Shown one piece after another: positions 1-7,282 of a stretch of DNA of 64,000 nucleotides; positions within the stretch are counted from its first letter, which is position 1; every line of letters starts with the position of its first letter. The translations under genes and the position numbers were made by a program. The stretch comes from a virus, in IMG/VR virus record IMGVR_UViG_3300033182_001068, positions 1 through 64,000 of that record. One strand, 5' to 3'. The notes below the pieces were generated by a model that saw only the letters and a program-made list of their open reading frames with translations, did no database searches and was not told the origin of the DNA.

Positions 1-67
1 CGATCGGAGAAAGGAGAAGCATTACTTTCCGCAGGAAAAATGGGTTGTTGCGGATGTAACGATTCGA

Positions 68-382
68 ATGCCGATCGACATTTCTACGTACCCGGACCCT
101 GAAGACAACACGCTGGAAGCCTGCCAAAAAACCGTCGATTACTTGTACCACGAGCATCTAGATTTTTCGGATACGTATTTGACGTTCGCTCGGTTTGCGT
201 TCTTCCTGTCCAAATGCGGACGCGGGGCTCAACGAAAACTGAAACACGCATGGAAACACGCGTATTACGGAAATTTTAAAATTAAAGTAGTTTACCCTGA
301 AGAAATGAGAGTCGACAAATCCGACCGGGCAATCTACCGAGAGTGGCTCGACACCGAATGGGAAGACTTGGTCGACCTATGA
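68..382 (+). CDS. hypothetical protein (104 aa)
   Basis: ATG ORF from the track. Its stop overlaps the next ATG (ATGA at 379-382), suggesting translational coupling. No motif recognised. Confidence 0.5.
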   Translation: MPIDISTYPDPEDNTLEACQKTVDYLYHEHLDFSDTYLTFARFAFFLSKCGRGAQRKLKHAWKHAYYGNFKIKVVYPEEMRVDKSDRAIYREWLDTEWEDLVDL

Positions 383-678
383 AAAAACGTCGTTACAGCA
401 AAAAGCAACGGGCCCGAGACGAACAAAACTGGAAGAAACAACGCGGCAACGACCGAGGAGCCCCAATCCGTGAAACCATCCGGGTATACAACACCGGATA
501 CCGTCCGCCACCAAAACATCCATGGCAATACGCCAAAGAACAAACCGGGACTTGTGCCATCTGTAAAGCACAAATCCTGATCGGCGACATGCTGATGCCC
601 CCGGCTAAAGGACAACGGAAACGCCATTACCACTGTGTCGACGCCGCCAGTGGAGGAGGAAAACATGGGACAAATTAA
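379..678 (+). CDS. hypothetical basic protein with CxxC...HxHC cluster (possible zinc finger)
   Basis: Internal ATG of ORF 343-678 that forms an ATGA overlap with the upstream stop. Lys/Arg-rich N-terminus, then CAIC and HYHC. Confidence 0.45.
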   Translation: MKKRRYSKKQRARDEQNWKKQRGNDRGAPIRETIRVYNTGYRPPPKHPWQYAKEQTGTCAICKAQILIGDMLMPPAKGQRKRHYHCVDAASGGGKHGTN

Positions 679-862
679 ACAAGTACACAAAAATCCGGAT
701 TCCCCACGATCCCCCGACGAGTCCCGGGATCTCCCATCAGACATGAAACCATCAGTATGGGTCAAACAAGTCATGCGGCAAGCACGAGCCGAAACCCGAG
801 CAGCGAACGCCGCCAAAAAGGCAGCAGCAGCAAAGAAGAAGAAGAAGCCGACGACTCGCTAG
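665..862 (+). CDS. hypothetical protein with Lys/Ala-rich C-terminus
   Basis: ATG at 665 is preceded by the strong SD-like GGAGGAGGA. It is in frame with track ORF 635-862. Confidence 0.45.
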   Translation: MGQIKQVHKNPDSPRSPDESRDLPSDMKPSVWVKQVMRQARAETRAANAAKKAAAAKKKKKPTTR

Positions 863-887
863 GTGCTTACGGTGGTGGAAAGGAACC

Positions 888-1367
888 ATGAACAAGCAAG
901 AACTTGAAGACATCGTCCGTGAAACCTACGGCATGTACAACCGAGACCTGTTCGAAGTCGACCGGCAGCACATCATGCGGGGCTGGTGGGCAGTCCTGAA
1001 AGATTTACCCGCCAACGAAGTCCGAAAAACAATCCAGAAAATATCTACCCGTGAAAAATTCCTCCCACCCGCAGGCCAGATAAGAACCGCCCACCTAGAA
1101 ACCCGAATAAAAAACCCGCCACCAACACCCCAACAATTCTGGGGACACATTTTAACCGTAAACAAAAACCTCAACACGGGAACCCGAACAGAAAGCCCGA
1201 AAAAAATAGCCGAACACCCATGCGTCAAAGCCACCATGGAAGAACTCGGCACCGCAATGCTCGGCGTCTCAACAAACGGCGACCGCACATTCGTCCTCGA
1301 AGCCTACACACGACACACAACAACCTATTTGGAACAACAAACGGTGGTGGAAAGCAATGAAACGTAA
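888..1367 (+). CDS. hypothetical early protein (159 aa)
   Basis: ORF with GGAAAGGAA upstream. Its N-terminal helical region loosely resembles phage replication-organiser/loader proteins, but I cannot support a function. Confidence 0.55.
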   Translation: MNKQELEDIVRETYGMYNRDLFEVDRQHIMRGWWAVLKDLPANEVRKTIQKISTREKFLPPAGQIRTAHLETRIKNPPPTPQQFWGHILTVNKNLNTGTRTESPKKIAEHPCVKATMEELGTAMLGVSTNGDRTFVLEAYTRHTTTYLEQQTVVESNET

Positions 1368-1527
1368 CCCCGGACGACCCCCCAAAAACCCAACCAACAA
1401 CAAAAGTTCACTCACCATGAAAGTCGACGCAGACTTCAAACGGCTGGTGATCTCGCAGTCTGATGCGTATGGGTTGACGATTACGGAGTATGTGCGGATG
1501 CTGGTGGAGCGGGATTGTGCCTCGTGA
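1357..1527 (+). CDS. ribbon-helix-helix (CopG/Arc-like) DNA-binding protein, 56 aa
   Basis: Hand-translated ORF below the track cut-off: MKRNPGRPPK...LTMKVDADFKRLVISQSDAYGLTITEYVRMLVERD. It shows the beta-strand/helix/helix pattern. The GGTGGTGGAAAG box seen before 888 recurs upstream. Confidence 0.5.
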   Translation: MKRNPGRPPKNPTNNKSSLTMKVDADFKRLVISQSDAYGLTITEYVRMLVERDCAS

Positions 1528-1864
1528 TGCTTCTCGTGCTGGTGATCCTGACGGTTTGTATAACGTTTCTGTGCGGGTGCGAGGTTCTGTTAAGAACGGG
1601 TTGTTGGATGAGGCTGACCGGTTGGGGGTTTCGCTTTCTCAGATGGTGTTGTTGGCTTGTGAGGATTTTGTGCGGGGGCGTGATGGTGTGCCTCGGCTTG
1701 TGGATGGTGTTCGTGTTCCTGATGTGGCTGATGTTCTTCGTGGCTATTTGAGTGGGGAGCGTGTGTTGTGGCCGTGTGGGAGGGTTGAGGCTGAGTGTGA
1801 GTTTGTTGAGTTGGGGGTTGGGTCGCAGGTGTTTTGTGATTCGTGTGGGGTGAGGGTGGGTTAG
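1517..1864 (+). CDS. RHH-like protein with C-terminal Cys4 zinc-ribbon-like motif
   Basis: VSVRVRGSVKNGLLDEADRLGVSLSQMVLLACEDFV fits an RHH fold. The C-terminus has CGRVEAEC...CDSC. The GTG at 1517 has GGAG 9 nt upstream; the alternative ATG is at 1490. The coding strand is unusually G+T-rich. Confidence 0.45.
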   Translation: MPRDASRAGDPDGLYNVSVRVRGSVKNGLLDEADRLGVSLSQMVLLACEDFVRGRDGVPRLVDGVRVPDVADVLRGYLSGERVLWPCGRVEAECEFVELGVGSQVFCDSCGVRVG

Positions 1865-1868
1865 TTTC

Positions 1869-2186
1869 TCAGTTTCCCCACATTTGGGAGAGGGTTGGGC
1901 GTGTGGGTTTGATGCCTCTTCGTTTTTGTTCGTTTGCGAGTTGTCTGCTGGTCATTCCTGCCCATACTCCGTGCATGTCTGCTGGGGGGTATTGGAGGGC
2001 GTAGTCGAGGCATTGTTGGGTGACGGTGCAGTGTTCGCAGATTTGGCGTGCGCCTGTGATGTAGGTGATGTCTTTGTGTTCTTTGGGGAACATTTGGTGG
2101 GTTTTGTTTTTGCAGTTTGCAAGGTCGAACCATGTTGTTTCGGGTGTATCGTCGTTTTGGTGGGGTGGGGGGTTATGTTCTGCCAT
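1869..2186 (-). CDS. whiB: WhiB-like Fe-S transcription factor
   Basis: Four Cys in WhiB spacing (ANC...ICEHCTVTQQC), followed by the GVWAG turn (G[VI]WGG motif) and a basic tail. Confidence 0.85.
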   Translation of the reverse strand: MAEHNPPPHQNDDTPETTWFDLANCKNKTHQMFPKEHKDITYITGARQICEHCTVTQQCLDYALQYPPADMHGVWAGMTSRQLANEQKRRGIKPTRPTLSQMWGN

Positions 2187-2802
2187 GTTTTTCGCCCTTT
2201 TTTGTGGGGGTTGTGTGGCAGGTGTGGGGTGGTGCGGTGTGGGGGTCGTAGGTTGACGCTGTGTTGAGGGCGTGTAGGGCGATTTGTTCGAGGCCGGTGA
2301 GGTGGGTTTCTTGTAGGTGGTGCCGGTAGGTGTGTAGGCAGCCTAGGGCGTATTGGGCTCCTGTACCGATGGCGTGTGTTCCGGTGTGTTCTCCCATTAC
2401 GGAGTAGTCTCCGTCTATACAGAAGATTTGGCCTTTGACGGCTATTAGGATCGTTGAGGAATGTTCGGCGATGTGGTTGCTTTGCTCTCTTTGGGGGAGG
2501 CTGTAGCCGTGGTCATCGAAGGTTTGTCGTAGTTCGGGGATGAGTTTGTTGATGATGTGGGGGAGTTGTTTGTCTGGGTTTTTGGGTGGGGGTGGGGGTG
2601 TGAAGGCGTGTTGGATGAGGTTGAGTGCTCTGAGGTCTCCGGATGCTCCGATGATGTAGTCACCTGTTTTGATGACTTTTGTCATGGTGTTGGGGAGTGT
2701 GTTGATTTGTGTGGCGTATCCGCTGTTGTCGATTGTGGTGATTCGGGAGTCGCCTGCTATCACTGCTCCGTATTTGTTGGAGAGTCCTACGATGGTGGTC
2801 AT
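2173..2802 (-). CDS. HslV / proteasome-beta-like Ntn-hydrolase peptidase
   Basis: Starts MTTIVGL...GAVIAGDSRIT, so Thr follows Met directly as in HslV. KVIKTGDYIIGASG carries the Lys33-like residue, and IGTGAQYALG matches the GSG region. The ATG at 2802 overlaps the upstream stop. The longer track ORF 2173-3171 is rejected. Confidence 0.8.
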   Translation of the reverse strand: MTTIVGLSNKYGAVIAGDSRITTIDNSGYATQINTLPNTMTKVIKTGDYIIGASGDLRALNLIQHAFTPPPPPKNPDKQLPHIINKLIPELRQTFDDHGYSLPQREQSNHIAEHSSTILIAVKGQIFCIDGDYSVMGEHTGTHAIGTGAQYALGCLHTYRHHLQETHLTGLEQIALHALNTASTYDPHTAPPHTCHTTPTKKGEKHGRT

Positions 2803-2912
2803 GGGGTGAGGGTGATGATGGTTGCGCCGATGGTGGTGAGGGTTGCCCAAATGAGGACGGTTTTTGCGAATCGGCGTGTGGTGTTGTCGTTTTGGTTGGG
2901 AAAGGTCACCAT
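2799..2912 (-). CDS. small membrane protein (37 aa)
   Basis: Hand-translated: MVTFPNQNDNTTRRFAKTVLIWATLTTIGATIITLTP. It has one hydrophobic helix, and its stop overlaps the HslV-like ATG (ATGA). Confidence 0.4.
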   Translation of the reverse strand: MVTFPNQNDNTTRRFAKTVLIWATLTTIGATIITLTP

Positions 2913-2933
2913 TTTTTAGGGTTCCTGTTAGAT

Positions 2934-4169
2934 TTACAGAAGGTGGAGGTTGTTCCAGCCGTCTGCATCTACGGTGAAGTTGAGTGTCCCTGCACGTGTC
3001 TTGACCCCGTAGGCGTCTTGGAAGTATTCCCCTACCGAGGTGAGGCTTGGACAGATGAGGACTGCCCTTCCTTCTTGTTCCTTGACGTTGAGATGGTGGT
3101 AGTGGCCTGTGACGAGGATGTCTGCATCTGCGACGCCTTCGTGTGCCCTTCCCATGGCTTGGTCTTTCCACCAGTTCCAGACTGCTTGCCCGGCGTTTGC
3201 TCCTGCTTTGGAGAGGTGGCCGTGCGTAAACGCAACTACTTTCCCTGATAGATTTATCGAAAGTGAGAGTTTTTCGAGCGGGAGTTTGAAACCGACGTGC
3301 CCGTACACGTCAGGGTTCATTGCGAAAGTTTCCGCCAACTGCTCAAAGATGGCGACATCGTCGTTGTCCCCGGTCGTAGTGAAGGCCTTTCCCTGTAGAC
3401 CACGGTTCTCACCGTGGTTTCCCCCGATCGCGAGTACCGTGACCTTGTCCACGATGGGGCTGACGGCCATGATGATGTCTCGGATTCCGCGTCGTACCAG
3501 TTTGACTTGTTCTCGCCGGTCAGCCTCGATCCGATACTGCTGCCCGGGGTAGTGTCCGCATGTTCCTTCGACAAGATCGCCAAGGCCCGCAATAACCACA
3601 TGGCCAATAGGAACACCGCTCCCACGAAGACACTCGATACGAGCAGGAATCGAGTGAACCAGATCTGCAATACGTTCGGCTTGGATTTCAAGACCGCCTC
3701 CATCTCTATTTCCGGTCTGCCAGTCTGACAGTGCAACGACAAAATGGGCGTCGCCTGCAGGGGCTGCTTTCTTGGGCTTTTTGGCCTTCAGGATGTCCTG
3801 ATATACATCGACTGGAATGGCCTCTTTTTCGACGGCTGAGGTCTTCTTCCGGATCTCTGCCTTGAACGAATAACAGATGGTGCTATACGCCTCTTCGCCG
3901 GGAGCGTCACGTTTCCATCCGTCAAACGATGTCCATCGGATCGTGTCACCGACGATTTTGTACACTTCGGGGTCCAAACCCCGTGCTGCTATCAGGTCGT
4001 CCCACTCTGCGTTCGGGTCGAACGACGGGTCAGTGGTGATTTCACCTTTGTCTCCGTCCCACACAACTCCGGGCACCCACCCGTTCGGCATGTTGCGTGC
4101 CTTGGTGGAGTCCTTGTGCTCAGGTTCGTTCTCCAGAGCGGCGAGCCGTTTCCTCAATTTGTCGTTCAT
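2934..4169 (-). CDS. calcineurin-like metallophosphoesterase
   Basis: Motifs GDLVEG, GGNHGE, THGH and GHYHH are present. The ATG at 4169 forms an ATGA overlap with the upstream stop. The track start at 4214 is possible but would overlap by 49 nt. Confidence 0.85.
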   Translation of the reverse strand: MNDKLRKRLAALENEPEHKDSTKARNMPNGWVPGVVWDGDKGEITTDPSFDPNAEWDDLIAARGLDPEVYKIVGDTIRWTSFDGWKRDAPGEEAYSTICYSFKAEIRKKTSAVEKEAIPVDVYQDILKAKKPKKAAPAGDAHFVVALSDWQTGNRDGGGLEIQAERIADLVHSIPARIECLRGSGVPIGHVVIAGLGDLVEGTCGHYPGQQYRIEADRREQVKLVRRGIRDIIMAVSPIVDKVTVLAIGGNHGENRGLQGKAFTTTGDNDDVAIFEQLAETFAMNPDVYGHVGFKLPLEKLSLSINLSGKVVAFTHGHLSKAGANAGQAVWNWWKDQAMGRAHEGVADADILVTGHYHHLNVKEQEGRAVLICPSLTSVGEYFQDAYGVKTRAGTLNFTVDADGWNNLHLL

Positions 4170-4423
4170 ACCAGAGAGTCCCAATCGCACGAGCAGTTTT
4201 CGGTTTTCATGCACTGCCGCTGGTCGCTCAGGCCGGTGCGGTCAATTCGGATTCCTTCGCTGCGGAGAGCAAGGTGGATCTTCCGAGTCGAGATGTTCGG
4301 GTTCAACATCACATCGATGAACGTCGATCGGTCTTCCCCTTCCAACTTTTTGGCTTCCTCGAACAGTCGGCAATCCCCCGTCCCTGATTTTTGTGGCAAT
4401 GAAGCCAGCGTTTCTCTCAGCAT
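4166..4423 (-). CDS. small helix-turn-helix DNA-binding protein
   Basis: 85-aa ORF with GGAGG 8 nt upstream. ISTRKIHLALRSEGIRIDRTGLSD looks like an HTH. It is the first gene of the minus operon and diverges from the wHTH gene. Confidence 0.55.
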   Translation of the reverse strand: MLRETLASLPQKSGTGDCRLFEEAKKLEGEDRSTFIDVMLNPNISTRKIHLALRSEGIRIDRTGLSDQRQCMKTENCSCDWDSLV

Positions 4424-4460
4424 TCTGGTAACCTCCGCAGGTGTGACTACTGTTACCCAG

Positions 4461-4484
4461 ACACTACACCATGTTGTGTAGTGT
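4461..4484. promoter_or_regulatory. perfect 9-6-9 inverted repeat (candidate operator) between divergent regulator genes
   Basis: ACACTACAC-catgtt-GTGTAGTGT. Each arm contains TAGTGT (a TANNNT -10-like hexamer) on its own strand. Confidence 0.55.
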
Positions 4485-4500
4485 GTGTGTGGATACGACT

Positions 4501-4971
4501 ATGAGCGAAGATTTGACTGCAGCCAGCATCCGTGAAGCCTTAGCAGAGGCAATCGGCAATGATCCGAATTCGCCAGCCGTTGAGGAACTTATGCGCGCCC
4601 TTGACCGGAAGAAACTGTTTCGGTATCACAACGACGAGGGCGTCAACTTGTTGTCGACTGCTGGCAGGGTACTCATGGCAATCATGCAGGACCCGACGAT
4701 GACACAGCGGGCGATCTCGGTGTATTTGGGCTGCTCGGAAACCCTCGTCGACAAAACCGTGAAAACTCTTGTGGAATCAGGGCTGATTACAAAGACAAAA
4801 GTCCAACGACGAAACGTCTACAGAATCAACCCGATTTTGATCGATGGGCACAGTGATATACAGCATCTGCGTGATGCCATCAAACTGTTGGATTCGGTAA
4901 ACCGCAAGGAAGTTCCGGAGAAAAAACCGGCAATCTCAAGAGTTATCCACAACCAGAACGATCCGTTCTAA
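4501..4971 (+). CDS. winged-helix (MarR/PadR-like) transcriptional regulator
   Basis: TQRAISVYLGCSETLVDKTVKTLVESGLITKTKVQRRNVYRINP fits a wHTH recognition helix plus wing. I prefer the ATG at 4501 because the track ATG at 4471 lies inside the palindrome. Confidence 0.6.
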   Translation: MSEDLTAASIREALAEAIGNDPNSPAVEELMRALDRKKLFRYHNDEGVNLLSTAGRVLMAIMQDPTMTQRAISVYLGCSETLVDKTVKTLVESGLITKTKVQRRNVYRINPILIDGHSDIQHLRDAIKLLDSVNRKEVPEKKPAISRVIHNQNDPF

Positions 4972-4990
4972 CTTCCGGTAGCCTGACCTG

Positions 4991-5275
4991 ATGGCTGGCA
5001 AAAGACCGAAAGTTGGAAGGCTTCCGTTCGTTCACAACTCTCGAACGCATCACATTCTGCTGTTGGCCGCAAGCAGGTCGAACGCCAAGAAGCCGATGAC
5101 ATTTGCCGACGTGAAGAGTGTTCTGAAACCATCGCCAAGGACGAACAGGGATCACGATGCGCTTCGCCATCTGGTGGATAATCGCCTGTTGGCAAGATTG
5201 GGTCCTGACCAGTGGGCCATCACCCGGACAGGGATGGCCTCATTGGGTGAGTCAGCGAATCGCAAAACGTATTAG
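4991..5275 (+). CDS. possible winged-helix protein (94 aa)
   Basis: ALRHLVDNRLLARLGPDQWAITRTGMASLGE resembles the C-terminal helix and wing of wHTH proteins. Weak call. Confidence 0.4.
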   Translation: MAGKRPKVGRLPFVHNSRTHHILLLAASRSNAKKPMTFADVKSVLKPSPRTNRDHDALRHLVDNRLLARLGPDQWAITRTGMASLGESANRKTY

Positions 5276-5610
5276 GTCCGTGACGTCATCCATGCGTAGA
5301 AGACGGCATCGTTGACTGGCACAAACCACACTTGGCCCTCGTCAGGCAAGTAACGGTCGCCAACGAACGACCAACAGATTTCGAGGTGTTCCTCGGGGTG
5401 GCACGCTCCGATGTTGCACTCGAAACCGTAGAGTTTGATGAAACGCGTAACGAGGCAGCCGTGGGATTCGTCCCATCCGCACTTGGCGTCCTCGTTCTCA
5501 GGGCATTTGATCTGCAGGATCTTTAGTTCGCTTTTTTCGATCTGCAACCAGAGTGAATGCCCGTCGTTGTGCCACTCCATGGTTTGCTCGCCTGTTGCGT
5601 TCATATCCAC
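5272..5610 (-). CDS. hypothetical Cys-rich protein (112 aa)
   Basis: ORF with its own upstream intergenic region (5611-5722). It converges on 4991-5275 with overlapping stops. No motif recognised. Confidence 0.55.
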   Translation of the reverse strand: MDMNATGEQTMEWHNDGHSLWLQIEKSELKILQIKCPENEDAKCGWDESHGCLVTRFIKLYGFECNIGACHPEEHLEICWSFVGDRYLPDEGQVWFVPVNDAVFYAWMTSRT

Positions 5611-5722
5611 ATCTTAGTCGCAGATAGATTTACGATCAACAGGTCCTTTTTCGCAGGCGACGCTGTTCGGTCGCTACCCTTATTTTACACTACCTACAGG
5701 GTGTAATGGGTAGATGCTCGGT

Positions 5723-5941
5723 TTAGTCTTTGCTGCCTTTGGCTCCGAAATAGCCGCCGATGATGCCGATCACGCCACCAAGAGCGGTCTGCACAAGCGT
5801 CATCACATCCGACGAAACGTCAACTGGCTCACCAGTCTCAAAAGTCTCAAAAGACGCAACGACATAATCTCCGATGATTGCGACAAGAATGCATCCCATC
5901 ACACCAGCGGAGAGAACGTACATAATCTTTTCTTTCATCAC
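5723..5941 (-). CDS. holin-like membrane protein (2 TM segments)
   Basis: 72 aa with two hydrophobic helices and a charged C-terminus. ATGA overlap with the upstream gene. Last gene of the lysis cassette. Confidence 0.55.
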   Translation of the reverse strand: MMKEKIMYVLSAGVMGCILVAIIGDYVVASFETFETGEPVDVSSDVMTLVQTALGGVIGIIGGYFGAKGSKD

Positions 5942-6192
5942 TTAGCCCCCGACTTCTTCGTAGGCGCAGCATTAAACACAGCATTGACTTCGTCTTCATC
6001 AAGTTCGCCGTCATTCAAAAATGCGCGCGCAAGACCCTCAACGACAGTTGCTACACCTGCAAGACCGGCTACTGCCATTGACTGCATAATTGAGATTCCG
6101 GCAATTGCGCCAGCGCCAATCACACTTAGGGCAGAAGCCACAAACACTGCAATGATTCTCAAAACAAGGTTTTTAAGAAAATCAATTGTCAT
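5938..6192 (-). CDS. holin, LL-H/r1t-like family
   Basis: 84 aa: LRIIAVFVASALSVIGAGAIAG...AVAGLAGVATVVEGLARAF. The pattern resembles the r1t/LL-H holin family and the second copy at 37349-37564. Confidence 0.55.
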   Translation of the reverse strand: MTIDFLKNLVLRIIAVFVASALSVIGAGAIAGISIMQSMAVAGLAGVATVVEGLARAFLNDGELDEDEVNAVFNAAPTKKSGAK

Positions 6193-6226
6193 ATCGATCC
6201 CCCCAGATCGACTTTATGAAAAAGTC

Positions 6227-6457
6227 TTAATCGAATGAACCCTTTGCATGCTCATTAATGTGATTGTCTAGTTTTTCTTCCGTGCGATGCACAGACTCTT
6301 CGACTCGGTCGATTGATTTGCCGAGACTTTTGCCCATCATGTCGAGTTTTGCGGAGACGACACCGTGGTCTCGCTTGTTCTCACGTCGTCCTTTTTCGAC
6401 TAAAGCCACAATGATTGCCGATACGGCTACGACCACCGCTCCGATAACTTCGACCAT
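6227..6457 (-). CDS. N-terminally membrane-anchored lysis-cassette protein
   Basis: 76 aa with one N-terminal TM helix followed by a charged helical region. It lies between the endolysin and holin genes. Confidence 0.5.
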   Translation of the reverse strand: MVEVIGAVVVAVSAIIVALVEKGRRENKRDHGVVSAKLDMMGKSLGKSIDRVEESVHRTEEKLDNHINEHAKGSFD

Positions 6458-6466
6458 GGCTGCTTC

Positions 6467-7192
6467 CTAACTTGTGAGAGCAGCCCACGTGTTGGGACCG
6501 CAGATACCATCCTGTACGAGGTTTTCGTCCTTCTGGAACTGACGAACTGCCCCAGTAGTCATTTTCCCATAAACACCATCGATCCCGGCGTTCCTACGCG
6601 GCTTTTTCGTCAACTTATAACCGTTTTTATCAAGAAGTTTCTGAAGGAGTTCGACCGCAGGACCCCGATCACCTTGCCGCACAACAGTTTTCACTGCGGC
6701 AGCAATAAACTCAAGGGCCTTCTGCTGATCAGATTTAATAGAAACGGCTTTCGGGATGGCCGTCTGAGTCGTGGGGAACCACACCATTTTGCCGTTCTGC
6801 ACACGAGATGCCTGATGGTGCCACCACTCGGAGCGCACCGTTTTCACCAGACCGTACTCTTCAGCAATCCGGTTCACGTCACGAGTCGAAATCCGGTTAC
6901 CCAAAATCCGGAAATCGACAGCGTACCCATAATTGTCAAACGCTGGCTGACCCATATGATACGAACCCTGAAAACCGTTGGAAAGTTTACGGTCCGGGTT
7001 GGCAGCGAGATTCCCTCGCCCAGCCTTGTACTTCGCATACAGGGCCTTCTGTTGCTGGTAGGAGCGGACGCCGCTAATCACGGTGACTTTGCCTGCGATC
7101 CGAGGATCAGCAAAGAACGCTGCGAGTCGAGCCCGCAGTTTCGGGTGCAGGTCTTTGACGTTGACGCCGCCATGGGCAACAGGGATATGCAT
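6467..7192 (-). CDS. endolysin: VanY/M15-type LAS zinc peptidase + C-terminal PG_binding_1 domain
   Basis: LAS motifs SGVRSYQQQKALY, SYHMGQPAFDNYGYAVD and EWWHH. The C-terminus has GDRGPAVELLQKLL...DGVYGKMTTGAVRQFQ...DGICGPNTWAAL. Confidence 0.85.
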   Translation of the reverse strand: MHIPVAHGGVNVKDLHPKLRARLAAFFADPRIAGKVTVISGVRSYQQQKALYAKYKAGRGNLAANPDRKLSNGFQGSYHMGQPAFDNYGYAVDFRILGNRISTRDVNRIAEEYGLVKTVRSEWWHHQASRVQNGKMVWFPTTQTAIPKAVSIKSDQQKALEFIAAAVKTVVRQGDRGPAVELLQKLLDKNGYKLTKKPRRNAGIDGVYGKMTTGAVRQFQKDENLVQDGICGPNTWAALTS

Positions 7193-7282
7193 GGGTTTTA
7201 CTCCGGATAGAGGAACGAGAAGGCGCGGAACCCGAACGGACTCAACGCGCTTCCGTCATTTTACTACACGGAGCAAAGCGTT

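Noticed and set aside
2803-3171. N-terminal extension of track ORF 2173-3171 (Arg/His-rich, 123 aa)
   Set aside because: It overlaps the metallophosphoesterase gene in another frame. The sequence is compositionally biased nonsense. The internal ATG at 2802 gives the canonical MTTIVG Ntn start with an ATGA overlap.
4166-5275. A lysogeny (CI/Cro-type) module
   Set aside because: Divergent regulators and an operator are present, but I see no integrase, excisionase or attP-like site in these 64 kb. I report only a candidate switch, not temperate status.
5611-5722. Possible tRNA or small RNA in the 112-nt gap, which has inverted repeats GCGAC...GTCGC and CTACCC..TTACAC/GTGTAA..GGGTAG
   Set aside because: I could not fold a cloverleaf or find conserved T-loop/D-loop sequences. 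It is more likely a terminator/promoter region between the lysis cassette and gene 5272-5610.
5714-6238. 174-aa plus-strand ORF across the holin genes
   Set aside because: It is antisense to two well-formed, overlapping membrane-protein genes. It has no RBS and no plausible domain.
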